64,000 nucleotides of DNA, taken from the NCBI GenBank assembly GCA_963809065.1, contig CAWEIN010000024.1, positions 20,734-84,733 on the forward strand. Reading direction: 5' to 3'. A program made the position numbers and the translations under genes. This stretch comes from Blastocatellia bacterium. Its GTDB lineage: Bacteria; Acidobacteriota; Blastocatellia; Pyrinomonadales; Pyrinomonadaceae. This document shows, piece by piece, positions 10,514-18,922 of the stretch (position 1 is the stretch's first letter; each line of letters opens with the position of its first letter). Under the pieces are notes generated by a model. The model was not told where the DNA came from. It saw nothing but the letters and a program-made list of their open reading frames with translations, and did no database searches.

Positions 10514-10591
10514 CTCCGGGTTGTGTCTGGTCAGCAGTTCAGATTATTCTCGCGCGACCATTCTATAAGTTGACCTTTGGTCGCGACAACT

Positions 10592-11802
10592 ATGATGGAA
10601 ACAGCGGAAGTTGTAATTATCGGCAGCGGCATTGTCGGCTCCAGCGTGGCCTATCACCTTGCCGAGCAAGGCTGCACCAACGTCCTGGTAATCGAACGCG
10701 AAGCCCATCAGGGCAAAGGCTCAACTGGAAAAAGCATGGGTGGCGTGCGGGCGCAGTTTGCCACGCCGGTTAACATTCAGATGTCGCGCTACTCGATCGA
10801 CTTCTTTTCGCGTTTCGACGAAGTGATCGGGCACCCGGCTGACTATCGTGCCCATGGCTATCTGTTTTGCGCCACCACCGAGCGGCATCTCGAGTATCTC
10901 AAAACAAATCGCAACGGCAGTTGGCCCTTGGCGTTAAGAACGTCGAACTGGTTTCGCGCGAAGACATCGCGAAGTTTGTGCCGCAACTGCGCGTTGATGA
11001 CATACTCGGTGGCACGTTCTGTCAAACGGATGGCTTCGTCGATCCGCACAGCGTGATGATGGGTTTTATGCTCAACGCGCGCGAACGCGGCGTTCGCCTT
11101 TGGCTCGACACTCAAGTTACCGGGATTGAAGTTGAGAGAGGTGCTGGGACCGCGGGCGTCTCGCCCGCTTCCGATCCGGGATCGACAACGTCCCGAATCA
11201 CCGGCGTGATGACAACGCGTGGTCGGGTCTCAACCCCGATCGTGGTCAACGCCGCGGGCGCGTGGGCTGCGGAAGTTGCCGGATTCGCCGGCTCGGAGTT
11301 GCCGGTCGAACCCTTGCGTCGGCAGCTTGTTCCCACCGAACCGTTCGACGGTCTTCCACAACGGTTCCCCATGGTCATCGATATGTCTACCGGTTTTCAT
11401 TTCCGTCGCGAGGGAAAAGGAATTCTGTTGGCTTGGAACGATCCGGACGAGACTCCGGGATTCAAGACTGACTTTGACCCTGCGTTTGTGGAAAAGATTC
11501 TGACCCGCGCCGCCGATCGCGTGCCGCGTCTGGCTGAGGCCGAAGTGAATCCGCGCCGCGCCTGGGCAGGTCTTTATGAGATGACTCCCGACCACCACGC
11601 TGTCATTGGTCCTGCGCCCGATGTGGCGGGCTTGTATTTTGTCAACGGATTTAGTGGACACGGTGTCATGCACTCCCCCGCTTCGGGACGCATTACGGCC
11701 GACCTGATTCTCAATGGTCATTCCGAGCTCGTCGATGCGACCCAGCTGAATGTGGCACGGTTTGCGAGGGGCCAGTTACTCGAAGAGACCGCAGTGTTGT
11801 GA
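10592..11802 (+). pseudogene. FAD-dependent oxidoreductase (DAO / sarcosine-oxidase-beta family), interrupted by one frameshift near 10905-10920
   Basis: The N-terminal part is in frame 2 ([21 protein letters not shown] dinucleotide fold) and the rest in frame 1 ([14 protein letters not shown]...VVNAAGAWA...[11 protein letters not shown]). The two ORFs overlap at 10867-11056. Confidence 0.8.
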
Positions 11803-11945
11803 AGAGCTGAGCACGCTGGCTGGATATGCCGTGGCTGGCCTGTTTTCAGATATTGACTCCGGATAACTTCTCACTTATAAACCAAGCGCGCCCGGCCTGA
11901 CAGCGGCTAATCGGTTCATCTCACGTAGTCTCAAAGGATCAGATC

Positions 11946-14021
11946 ATGCCTCCAACAATCAATGCCGATACAATCACTTTCGAAAACAAGCACACCGCGA
12001 GAGCAGTCTTCCCAACGGCAGGTGACAGTGATGGAAACATCATTGACGCACTCGACCTGGTCGACTACAAAGCTGTGCTCCTCATCATCGGCGGGGCGGA
12101 TAATCTGACCGACTCCCTCAAGCCCAAGCTCACTCAATTGTTTTCCCGCGGCATCGCCCGCGCAGCGATGGGTGTGAACGCCGTAATTCTCGACGGCGGC
12201 ACAAAAGCCGGCGTGATGGAGATGATGGGCCAGGGTGTGGCCGATCGCGGTTTTAAGTCGCAGTTGATCGGAGTCGCTCCGCGTGGACTGGTTAATTACC
12301 CAGGCAGCAAAGGTGCGGGCGAAACGCAACTCGATCCCAACCATACACACTTCGTACTCGTCGATGGCGAAGCCTGGGGAGACGAAACTGGCAGCCTGTT
12401 TGATCTCGCCGTTGCGCTAACTAATAAGAAACCAACGAATAAGAAACTAACGAACAAGAAACTGCCGGTCATAGCTCTGCTTACCGCGGGCGGAGACACC
12501 ACCAAAAAAGAAGCGTTGCTGGCCGTCCGTCAAAACATTCCATTGATTGTCGTTGAGGGTAGCGGCGGTATGGCCGATGAGATCGCCACCGCCTGGAGAG
12601 CCAGGACGAACCTGCCGGACGATCCGATCATGGCCGAGATCATCGCCGACGGCAGAATTGAACTTTACCTGTTAAGTAGTTCGGTAAAAAGTGCTGAACG
12701 TTTGATCCTACGAGAGCTCGGTGACGATAACGTCCTGCTGCAAGCCTGGGGGCGCTTTGCCGACTACGATCTTAACGCGATTCTGCAGCAGAAGAGATTT
12801 CACCGCCAGCAGCAAGCGATTCTAATAATCGGACTTCTGATTACAGCTCTGGCACTGATAAACGAGATATATAACGGAAATCAGCAACGGCTCAGCTTTG
12901 AGCGTTGGTGGCCAATTGTTCGGGAAGGTGAAATCTTTAATGGGCCAATCGGTTGGACAATCGTTCACTACTTACTGATAGCCTCACCAATCCTCGTTAC
13001 GGTTCTCATAACTGCTGCGAGTCGGTTCAAACAGGGAAACAAGTGGCTCTTGTTGCGGGCCGGCGCCGAGGCGATCAAGCGCGAGATTTATCGTTTTCGA
13101 GCCGGTGCTGACGCTTATGCCGAACAAGTTGTAACCTCGACGGCAACCCCACCTGCGGGTACAACGACAGCGCTTCCAACACCTCCGCCTGAACAGGTCT
13201 TAGCGAAAAGAGTTGAAGACATCACCCGGCGCGTTATGCGTACCGAGGTAAATTCGACGAGCCTCGTTCCCTATGATAGAGAAAAGGGCTTTCCGCCGGA
13301 CATGTACGCTGCTCAGAGTGGAGATGACGGTTTTAGCCCGCTAACCGGGGATCAATATGTTCGTTTACGTCTGGGAGGCCAGCTCTCCTTTTACAGAAAA
13401 AAAACCGTCAAGCTTGAAAAGCAATTGAAATGGGTTCAGTGGTCGATCTTCATAGTCGGTGGTTTGGGGACTTTTCTAGCAGCAATTAGCCGGCAAGTCT
13501 GGGTTGCGTTGACTACAGCAGTGGCTGCGGCGCTAACGACGTATTTAAGTTATCACCAAACCGAAAACACTCTGACGAAATACAATCAGGCCGCCACGGA
13601 TCTTGAAAACTGCAAGGCATGGTGGACCGCACTGACGGCGGACGAGCAGGCCAACCCGGAGAACGTCACCGCGCTCGTGAATCATACTGAACAAGTGCTC
13701 GAGTCAGAGTTGAACGGCTGGGTGCAACAGATGCAGGACGCCCTGGCAAACCTCCGAGACAGTCAGGAACCGAAAAAGCAAGTGCCTGCGCCGGAGGAAG
13801 ATCCCAGCAAACCACTGGCGCCCGCGAATGGCCAGCCACCTGCCGATGGCCAGGCCGAAGATGAGCCACCCGCTGATGGCGAGCCACCCGCTGATGGTGA
13901 ACCACCTGCTGATGGTGAATCACCCGCTGATGGCGAGCCACCCGCTGATGGTGAACCACCTGCCGATGGTGAACCACCCGCTGATGGTGAACCGCCTCCG
14001 GATCAGCCAGGCGACGACTAA
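11946..14021 (+). CDS. TRPM-like SLOG (LSDAT) domain fused to two SLATT/DUF4231-like 2TM modules, with a C-terminal EPPADG repeat tail
   Basis: Gly-rich Rossmann motifs LLIIGGADN, VILDGGTKAGVMEMMG, THFVLVDGEAWGDE, LLTAGGDTTKKE and IVVEGSGGMADEIA. Two TM hairpins follow: ILIIGLLITALALINEIY with IVHYLLIASPILVTVLITAA, and WSIFIVGGLGTFLAAI with VWVALTTAVAAALTTYL. Confidence 0.7.
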   Translation: MPPTINADTITFENKHTARAVFPTAGDSDGNIIDALDLVDYKAVLLIIGGADNLTDSLKPKLTQLFSRGIARAAMGVNAVILDGGTKAGVMEMMGQGVADRGFKSQLIGVAPRGLVNYPGSKGAGETQLDPNHTHFVLVDGEAWGDETGSLFDLAVALTNKKPTNKKLTNKKLPVIALLTAGGDTTKKEALLAVRQNIPLIVVEGSGGMADEIATAWRARTNLPDDPIMAEIIADGRIELYLLSSSVKSAERLILRELGDDNVLLQAWGRFADYDLNAILQQKRFHRQQQAILIIGLLITALALINEIYNGNQQRLSFERWWPIVREGEIFNGPIGWTIVHYLLIASPILVTVLITAASRFKQGNKWLLLRAGAEAIKREIYRFRAGADAYAEQVVTSTATPPAGTTTALPTPPPEQVLAKRVEDITRRVMRTEVNSTSLVPYDREKGFPPDMYAAQSGDDGFSPLTGDQYVRLRLGGQLSFYRKKTVKLEKQLKWVQWSIFIVGGLGTFLAAISRQVWVALTTAVAAALTTYLSYHQTENTLTKYNQAATDLENCKAWWTALTADEQANPENVTALVNHTEQVLESELNGWVQQMQDALANLRDSQEPKKQVPAPEEDPSKPLAPANGQPPADGQAEDEPPADGEPPADGEPPADGESPADGEPPADGEPPADGEPPADGEPPPDQPGDD
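13830..14003 (+). repeat. 18-bp in-frame tandem repeat (~9.7 copies) encoding (E/Q)PPADG
   Basis: gagccacccgctgatggc units with synonymous and third-base variation. Confidence 0.9.
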
Positions 14022-14074
14022 TAAGACTCAAGCTGCAATGAGAAGCTCTGCCTTGAGGTCTGAAACATTACCTT

Positions 14075-14270
14075 TCATTCACACCGGGCTTAAGTCCGGT
14101 GATATGTGCAACACGAGGTTAGTGAACCGTTTTAACGGTTTACTCCTCTTCAGCAGATTGAGCGTAGTTTAGTCCGAAGAAGTTGCCTCGTCAGTCGGAG
14201 AGAGAATCCGTTAAAACAATTCTTATTATCCGGTGCGGTATATCACTGGGCTGAAGCCCGGTGTGAATGA
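14075..14270. repeat. Palindromic element with arms tcattcacaccgggcttaagtccggtgatat
   Basis: The left arm starts at 14075 and the right arm ends at 14270. There is an inner secondary inverted repeat (ccgttttaacgg / ccgttaaaac). Confidence 0.8.
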
Positions 14271-14324
14271 TACGTAATCTTTCTAGGCAAATCAGCAGCG
14301 AGATCAGGGCTGAAAAGTTCTGGC

Positions 14325-15008
14325 TTATTTCTTATTAAGCCAATTCGCGATAGTGTCCATGACCGACGCATAGACGTGGTCCTGGGGGCCCTGACTCTTA
14401 GGAACTTTCAAGGAATGATCGCCGCCTTCGACGACGTGAAGTGTTGGGCTGAGGTGATGTTTCTCGAAAACGGCACGCAACTCGTCGGGCGTGCCGAAGG
14501 TATCGCGTGAGCCTTGAACGAAGAGCATCGGTGCCTTGATCTCGGGTAGATGGCCGTCACGAAGTTTATCGGGCCGGCCCGGTGGATGAAGCGGGTAACC
14601 AAGAAACACCAGCGCGCCGACTACTTTCGCGCCTTCAGGCTGAGCCGCAACCTGCGATGCGATGCGGCCACCCATCGACTTGCCACCGATAGCAAGGCGA
14701 TTCCCTTTCAACTTCTTATGGTTGCTTGCCGCGTCGATAACAGAGAGGTAACAACTCTCCAACTTATGTTTCGGATCAGGCACATGACGTCCCTGTTCCA
14801 TGTAGAGGAAGTTGAATGTCATGACATCAATACCGCGCTCCGCCAACCCGTTTGCGAACAGGCGGATGAAACCACTTAACTGATTCGCGCCGGCTCCATG
14901 ACCGAGGATCAGAGTTGAGCCTGAGCGGAGCTTCTTCGGAGCTAAATAGAGTAGCGCGCTTACACTATCGCTCTCGTTAATTGCGATCGTGACTTTATCC
15001 GGTTCCAT
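14325..15008 (-). CDS. Alpha/beta hydrolase (dienelactone-hydrolase / KANL3-Tex30-like)
   Basis: LILGHGAGA, nucleophile elbow GGKSMGG, and a C-terminal GGDHSL. Confidence 0.75.
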   Translation of the reverse strand: MEPDKVTIAINESDSVSALLYLAPKKLRSGSTLILGHGAGANQLSGFIRLFANGLAERGIDVMTFNFLYMEQGRHVPDPKHKLESCYLSVIDAASNHKKLKGNRLAIGGKSMGGRIASQVAAQPEGAKVVGALVFLGYPLHPPGRPDKLRDGHLPEIKAPMLFVQGSRDTFGTPDELRAVFEKHHLSPTLHVVEGGDHSLKVPKSQGPQDHVYASVMDTIANWLNKK

Positions 15009-15059
15009 AGCCGTCGCAGTTTAATGCATGCCGGTTTATTCCCATAGGCCGACCCGGTA

Positions 15060-15162
15060 GTGTCCTAATTTGGGTTTTCTGTCACGCAAACTGTTAATTT
15101 GCGCGCGCGTTGAATGCCCCTCAGCATCGCAAACTAACAGTTTGCTTTACAAATTAGGACAC
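15060..15162. repeat. Inverted repeat gtgtcctaatttg ... caaattaggacac enclosing gcaaactgttaatttgc / gcaaactaacagtttgc
   Basis: Seen directly in the divergent spacer 15009-15235. Confidence 0.7.
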
Positions 15163-15235
15163 GACCGCGGACTCCAGGGAATTGACGAGCGCTTGCCATT
15201 CATGTTCCCCTGCAACGCCAACCAGGAGCAATAAA

Positions 15236-16633
15236 ATGTCGGGCCGGACTTATCTCCGCAAGAATTCAATCGTCCTTCCCGGTGTTCTAAGTGCCGCGGT
15301 CTATTTATTAATTTTTGTCTTCTACCTTCGAGGCCCTCGAGCTTATTCCCGCACTCCGCGAGAATTGTTCGCCTGGTTTTTCTGTATTGCGTTGCTGCTC
15401 CTCTTTCGGAAAGGTTACCAACGAATCAGACTCGCGGATAAGCCTCCGATTCGTGCAATCCTAGGCTTTGCCGCGATTTTCTGTTTTTTAGCTTTCCTTA
15501 CTTTTCCGTTTCATTCGACCGATGTCTTTGGTTACATCAATCGTGGCTGGCAACAGGTCAACTACGGGCAAAATCCTTACGTTCATCACTTAAACGACAT
15601 TCCAAACTGGCGCCAGGATCCAATGTTGCGAGAACACTGGATCTACAATCCGAATCCCTATGGCTTCCTGTTCACCTTACTGGCAAGACTCATTACCTGG
15701 TTAAGTGCCGGCAATTGGTGGGCGGCCCTGGCGCTATTCAAAGCGACTAACATTCTTGCCTATGCCGGAACCGGCTGGCTACTCTGGTCGGCGTCGAAGC
15801 AGGTCTCATACATCAGACCAGAAACCGCTCTATATCTTTTTCTCTGGAACCCGCTAATACTGCTGCACCACATTGCTAATGGGCACAATGACTTGCTTGT
15901 TGGTTTCATGGTCGCACTCTCGGTCTACCTGGCGCTCACGCGAAGATACTTTTGGATTGTTCCGGCGTTGGTTGCCGCCACGCTTTTGAAATTTGGACCG
16001 GTATTGCTCATACCGCCGGCCCTGGTGCTGGTCATAAAAAAAGCGGGATGGAAGACTGCCGCACTAAGTTGCCTGGTTGCGCTGGTGATCTCGGCCCTTA
16101 TCTGTTTTCCTTACTTGCGCGATTGGCAGCAATTGAGACTGGTTGACATGCAGGACAACGCGACCCTGATCGACAACTCACTGCACTCACTATTGATTCA
16201 CATATTTGAGAACATCGCTCGTGTCTTTTCCGCTCTAGCGCCACTGCATTCGACAGTTAACTCGGCGATAAAAGCAATTCTGCGCGTGAGCCTGATTGTA
16301 TTCGTAGTGTATCAGTGGCTAAAGATACCCAAAGACTTCACCGCGAAAGTGTTTGCCTCGAAATCTCTTTGGATTCTTTTCGCGCTCATCTGCGTGGCAA
16401 GCTCTAAGTTCAACGCCTGGTATATGGGAATGCTTTTGCCACTCGCCCTTTTGCTCGACGATGAGTATCCGCTACGACGGCTGGTGGTCTTGATGTCATG
16501 CACGCAGTTGCTGTCGCTTACTTTCCTCAAGCAGGCATACATGTTGAATTATTTTGCCCTGATGTTGATACCGGCGTGGCTGATCTTCAGAAAGAGAAAA
16601 AAACCAACTCAGATGGCAGAAAGCAAAGCTTGA
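15236..16633 (+). CDS. Polytopic membrane protein, DUF2029/GT87 (MptB-like) glycosyltransferase family
   Basis: More than 10 predicted TM helices, with the loop motif HSTDVFGYINRGWQQVNYGQNPY. AGGAG RBS before the ATG at 15236. Confidence 0.5.
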   Translation: MSGRTYLRKNSIVLPGVLSAAVYLLIFVFYLRGPRAYSRTPRELFAWFFCIALLLLFRKGYQRIRLADKPPIRAILGFAAIFCFLAFLTFPFHSTDVFGYINRGWQQVNYGQNPYVHHLNDIPNWRQDPMLREHWIYNPNPYGFLFTLLARLITWLSAGNWWAALALFKATNILAYAGTGWLLWSASKQVSYIRPETALYLFLWNPLILLHHIANGHNDLLVGFMVALSVYLALTRRYFWIVPALVAATLLKFGPVLLIPPALVLVIKKAGWKTAALSCLVALVISALICFPYLRDWQQLRLVDMQDNATLIDNSLHSLLIHIFENIARVFSALAPLHSTVNSAIKAILRVSLIVFVVYQWLKIPKDFTAKVFASKSLWILFALICVASSKFNAWYMGMLLPLALLLDDEYPLRRLVVLMSCTQLLSLTFLKQAYMLNYFALMLIPAWLIFRKRKKPTQMAESKA

Positions 16634-16662
16634 AGGGAAACACTTACTGACACCGCGTGTTG

Positions 16663-17826
16663 TCACAAGTAAATGCGTGGTACGCGTTCACTGACTCCGC
16701 AAGTTACTTCGTATGAAAGAGTACCCGCCGTTCTGGCAATCTCTTCGGCAGACACTGAAAGCTCTCCTTCAGTACCAAGAAAGGTTACTTGATCTTCTGT
16801 CTGTACGCCCGGCACATTGGTGACGTCGATCAACGTCAGATCCATGGATATGCGGCCGATGACCGTGGCATAGCCCCCACGGATGATCGCGTGACCGCGA
16901 TTAGAAAGCGCGCGCATGTAGCCGTCGTCGTACCCAATCGGAACGGTTGCGACCAGTGTCTTTCGCGAAGCTTCGAAAGTGCAGCCATAACCGACTGTCT
17001 CCCCTTGCGGCACCCATTTCAACAAAGTGATGCGCGAATGAAGTGACATCACCGGCTGCAGGTTCACCTCACGATCCTCCGGCGCGAGGATGTCGCGCCA
17101 GAGGCCATAGAGAACTCCGCCGGGACGAACCAGGTTACCCCACGCATTAGGCTGACCAAAGATGGCAGCAGAATTCGCCAGGTGGCGGTAGGTCGGTTCA
17201 AATCCGTGCTCTCGAAAAGTTGAAACGGCTTTCTCGAAGCGTTGACTCTGATCATTAGTTAGTAGTTCACAGGAAGGTTCGTCGGCGGCGGCGAAGTGAG
17301 TCATGAAGCCATCGACCCGAATGTTTTTGAACCTCTTCAAGCCACCCGCAAAATCTGAGACTTTATCGAAACGCACTCCCAAACGCCCCATGCCGGTGTC
17401 GATCTTCACGTGCACATCGGCAACGACCTGGCGCTCGCGCGCCGCGCGATCGAATGCTTCAATCATGTCCAGCCGATAGACAACGGGTACGAGCTGATGC
17501 TGCAGACAGGACGTTGCTTGTTCTCCCCAAAAACCGGCCAGACAAAGGATCGGCCTGGTAATACCCGCATTTCTGAGTTCAATTCCCTCTTCGGGCAAGG
17601 CGACGCCAAACCAGTCAGCGCCCTCGCGCTCCAGCCGTCGCGCACACTCGACCGCGCCGTGGCCGTAGGCGTTAGCCTTCACCACGGCCATCACGTTTAC
17701 ATCCGGTCCGACGCGATCTTTGACGAGGTGGAAATTGGCAGCTAGTGCATTGAGGTCGATCTCGGTCCAGGTTGGCCGTCCGCCGGAATTTTCGGGCGGT
17801 TCGATTTCGGATTTAGGCAGCATCAA
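16663..17826 (-). CDS. alr: Alanine racemase
   Basis: PLP-lysine motif AVVKANAYGHG and the C-terminal barrel motif GYGCTF...VPIGYDDGY. Confidence 0.93.
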   Translation of the reverse strand: MMLPKSEIEPPENSGGRPTWTEIDLNALAANFHLVKDRVGPDVNVMAVVKANAYGHGAVECARRLEREGADWFGVALPEEGIELRNAGITRPILCLAGFWGEQATSCLQHQLVPVVYRLDMIEAFDRAARERQVVADVHVKIDTGMGRLGVRFDKVSDFAGGLKRFKNIRVDGFMTHFAAADEPSCELLTNDQSQRFEKAVSTFREHGFEPTYRHLANSAAIFGQPNAWGNLVRPGGVLYGLWRDILAPEDREVNLQPVMSLHSRITLLKWVPQGETVGYGCTFEASRKTLVATVPIGYDDGYMRALSNRGHAIIRGGYATVIGRISMDLTLIDVTNVPGVQTEDQVTFLGTEGELSVSAEEIARTAGTLSYEVTCGVSERVPRIYL

Positions 17827-17987
17827 TCGATCTATTGGTTTTTAAATCTGCGAGAATGGGATTGCTAACAGCAAGCTAAGTTACACTGAAAATAACAAAA
17901 GCCCCAACCGAGAGTGCTGGTGGGTACTGATGCAGTTGGACAAACTCTGTTTTTTCATCGGCTGATAATTCGCGCCCCGATAGTGGA

Positions 17988-18158
17988 GTGAGGTCAGTAC
18001 CACCGCGCGGTAGCAGGTGGGTTTTTCGATTGCCGATTGTCTATTTCCGATTGCCAATTGATTCTATCGCCAGACGCCAATCGGAAATCAGAAATCGGCG
18101 ATTGACGATCTCCAACCGGCCCCCACATGCTACCGCGTGGTGGTACTGACCTCATCAC
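17988..18158. repeat. Composite palindrome: outer arms gtgaggtcagtaccaccgcgcggtagc, inner cgattgccgatt/aatcggcaatcg words
   Basis: The outer arms at 17988 and 18158 are reverse complements. The inner word repeat is the same family as at 24394-24483. Confidence 0.8.
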
Positions 18159-18314
18159 GCCGTCAATGCCAATAGCTCAAAGAAGAATCTCAAACCGCAT
18201 CAGTAACTTGCTTGTGCAGTTTGTGTAAATAGAAGCGAGATGCGCCGTGACGGATTCGGGATTTCTGTATCCGGCTCGTTGGTGTGTAGGAGTTCGTTTG
18301 GTTGGATAAGCGAT

Positions 18315-18794
18315 TTAGTTATTTACGAATCTAATTTTTCTTACGCCTACCTGGACTACATCCCCTGCTTCGCTCTTGTCGGGTTTTACCAGCGTCAAAA
18401 CAATTGCGCCTTCGTTCTTCAGTTTACCCTGCGTCGCTACTATGAATTTACCCGGGTTATCCGAAGGAAAAAGTCCAAAGCTGCCGAGGTAGACTTGCTC
18501 ATTCGTCATGGTCTGATAATAAACCTTAAAAGCAACCGGGAGTTTTTTCGGGTTGACGACTTTAACCACTTCCACTTGCACAAAGCGATTGCCCTCGGCG
18601 TTTTCATGCTGGCTGAGAGGCTGCACGACACTGAGGCTATTCAAATCCAGGTAATACAATTTCTCGTCCTTGCTCACGGTGTTTCGCTTGTTAGCTTCGT
18701 TGTTAACCAGATTGAGCGTTTGGCCAGAACAAGAAGTCAAAGAAATAGCGGTGAGGCAAATAAAGACGCTCAACTTTTTCAGCATCGTTGGCAT
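18315..18794 (-). CDS. Lipoprotein; stand-alone paralog of the C-terminal (KFDV-like) domain of the adjacent polyphenol oxidase
   Basis: Lipobox LTSC. YLGSFGLFPSDNPGKFIV parallels HYAGSFGFFGTTEPSD...QFLV in the neighbour, with the same strand pattern around it. Confidence 0.6.
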   Translation of the reverse strand: MPTMLKKLSVFICLTAISLTSCSGQTLNLVNNEANKRNTVSKDEKLYYLDLNSLSVVQPLSQHENAEGNRFVQVEVVKVVNPKKLPVAFKVYYQTMTNEQVYLGSFGLFPSDNPGKFIVATQGKLKNEGAIVLTLVKPDKSEAGDVVQVGVRKIRFVNN

Positions 18795-18922
18795 GGTATA
18801 GAAAGGATGCCGGCGGGGATGGGGAGGATGCCCGGCGGGATCTGAACATAGTCTTCATCCCGACGTGACGCTGAAATCCTGTAACCGAATTCCAGCGTCA
18901 CAGCCGAGACGGGGGGAAAGCT

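Noticed and set aside
11747-11762. Sigma-54 promoter-like tggcacggtttgcga upstream of the SLOG-SLATT gene, and tggcacggattcgca at 34420
   Set aside because: The GG-to-GC spacing is 1-2 nt too short for the -24/-12 consensus. The second match lies inside a REP arm.
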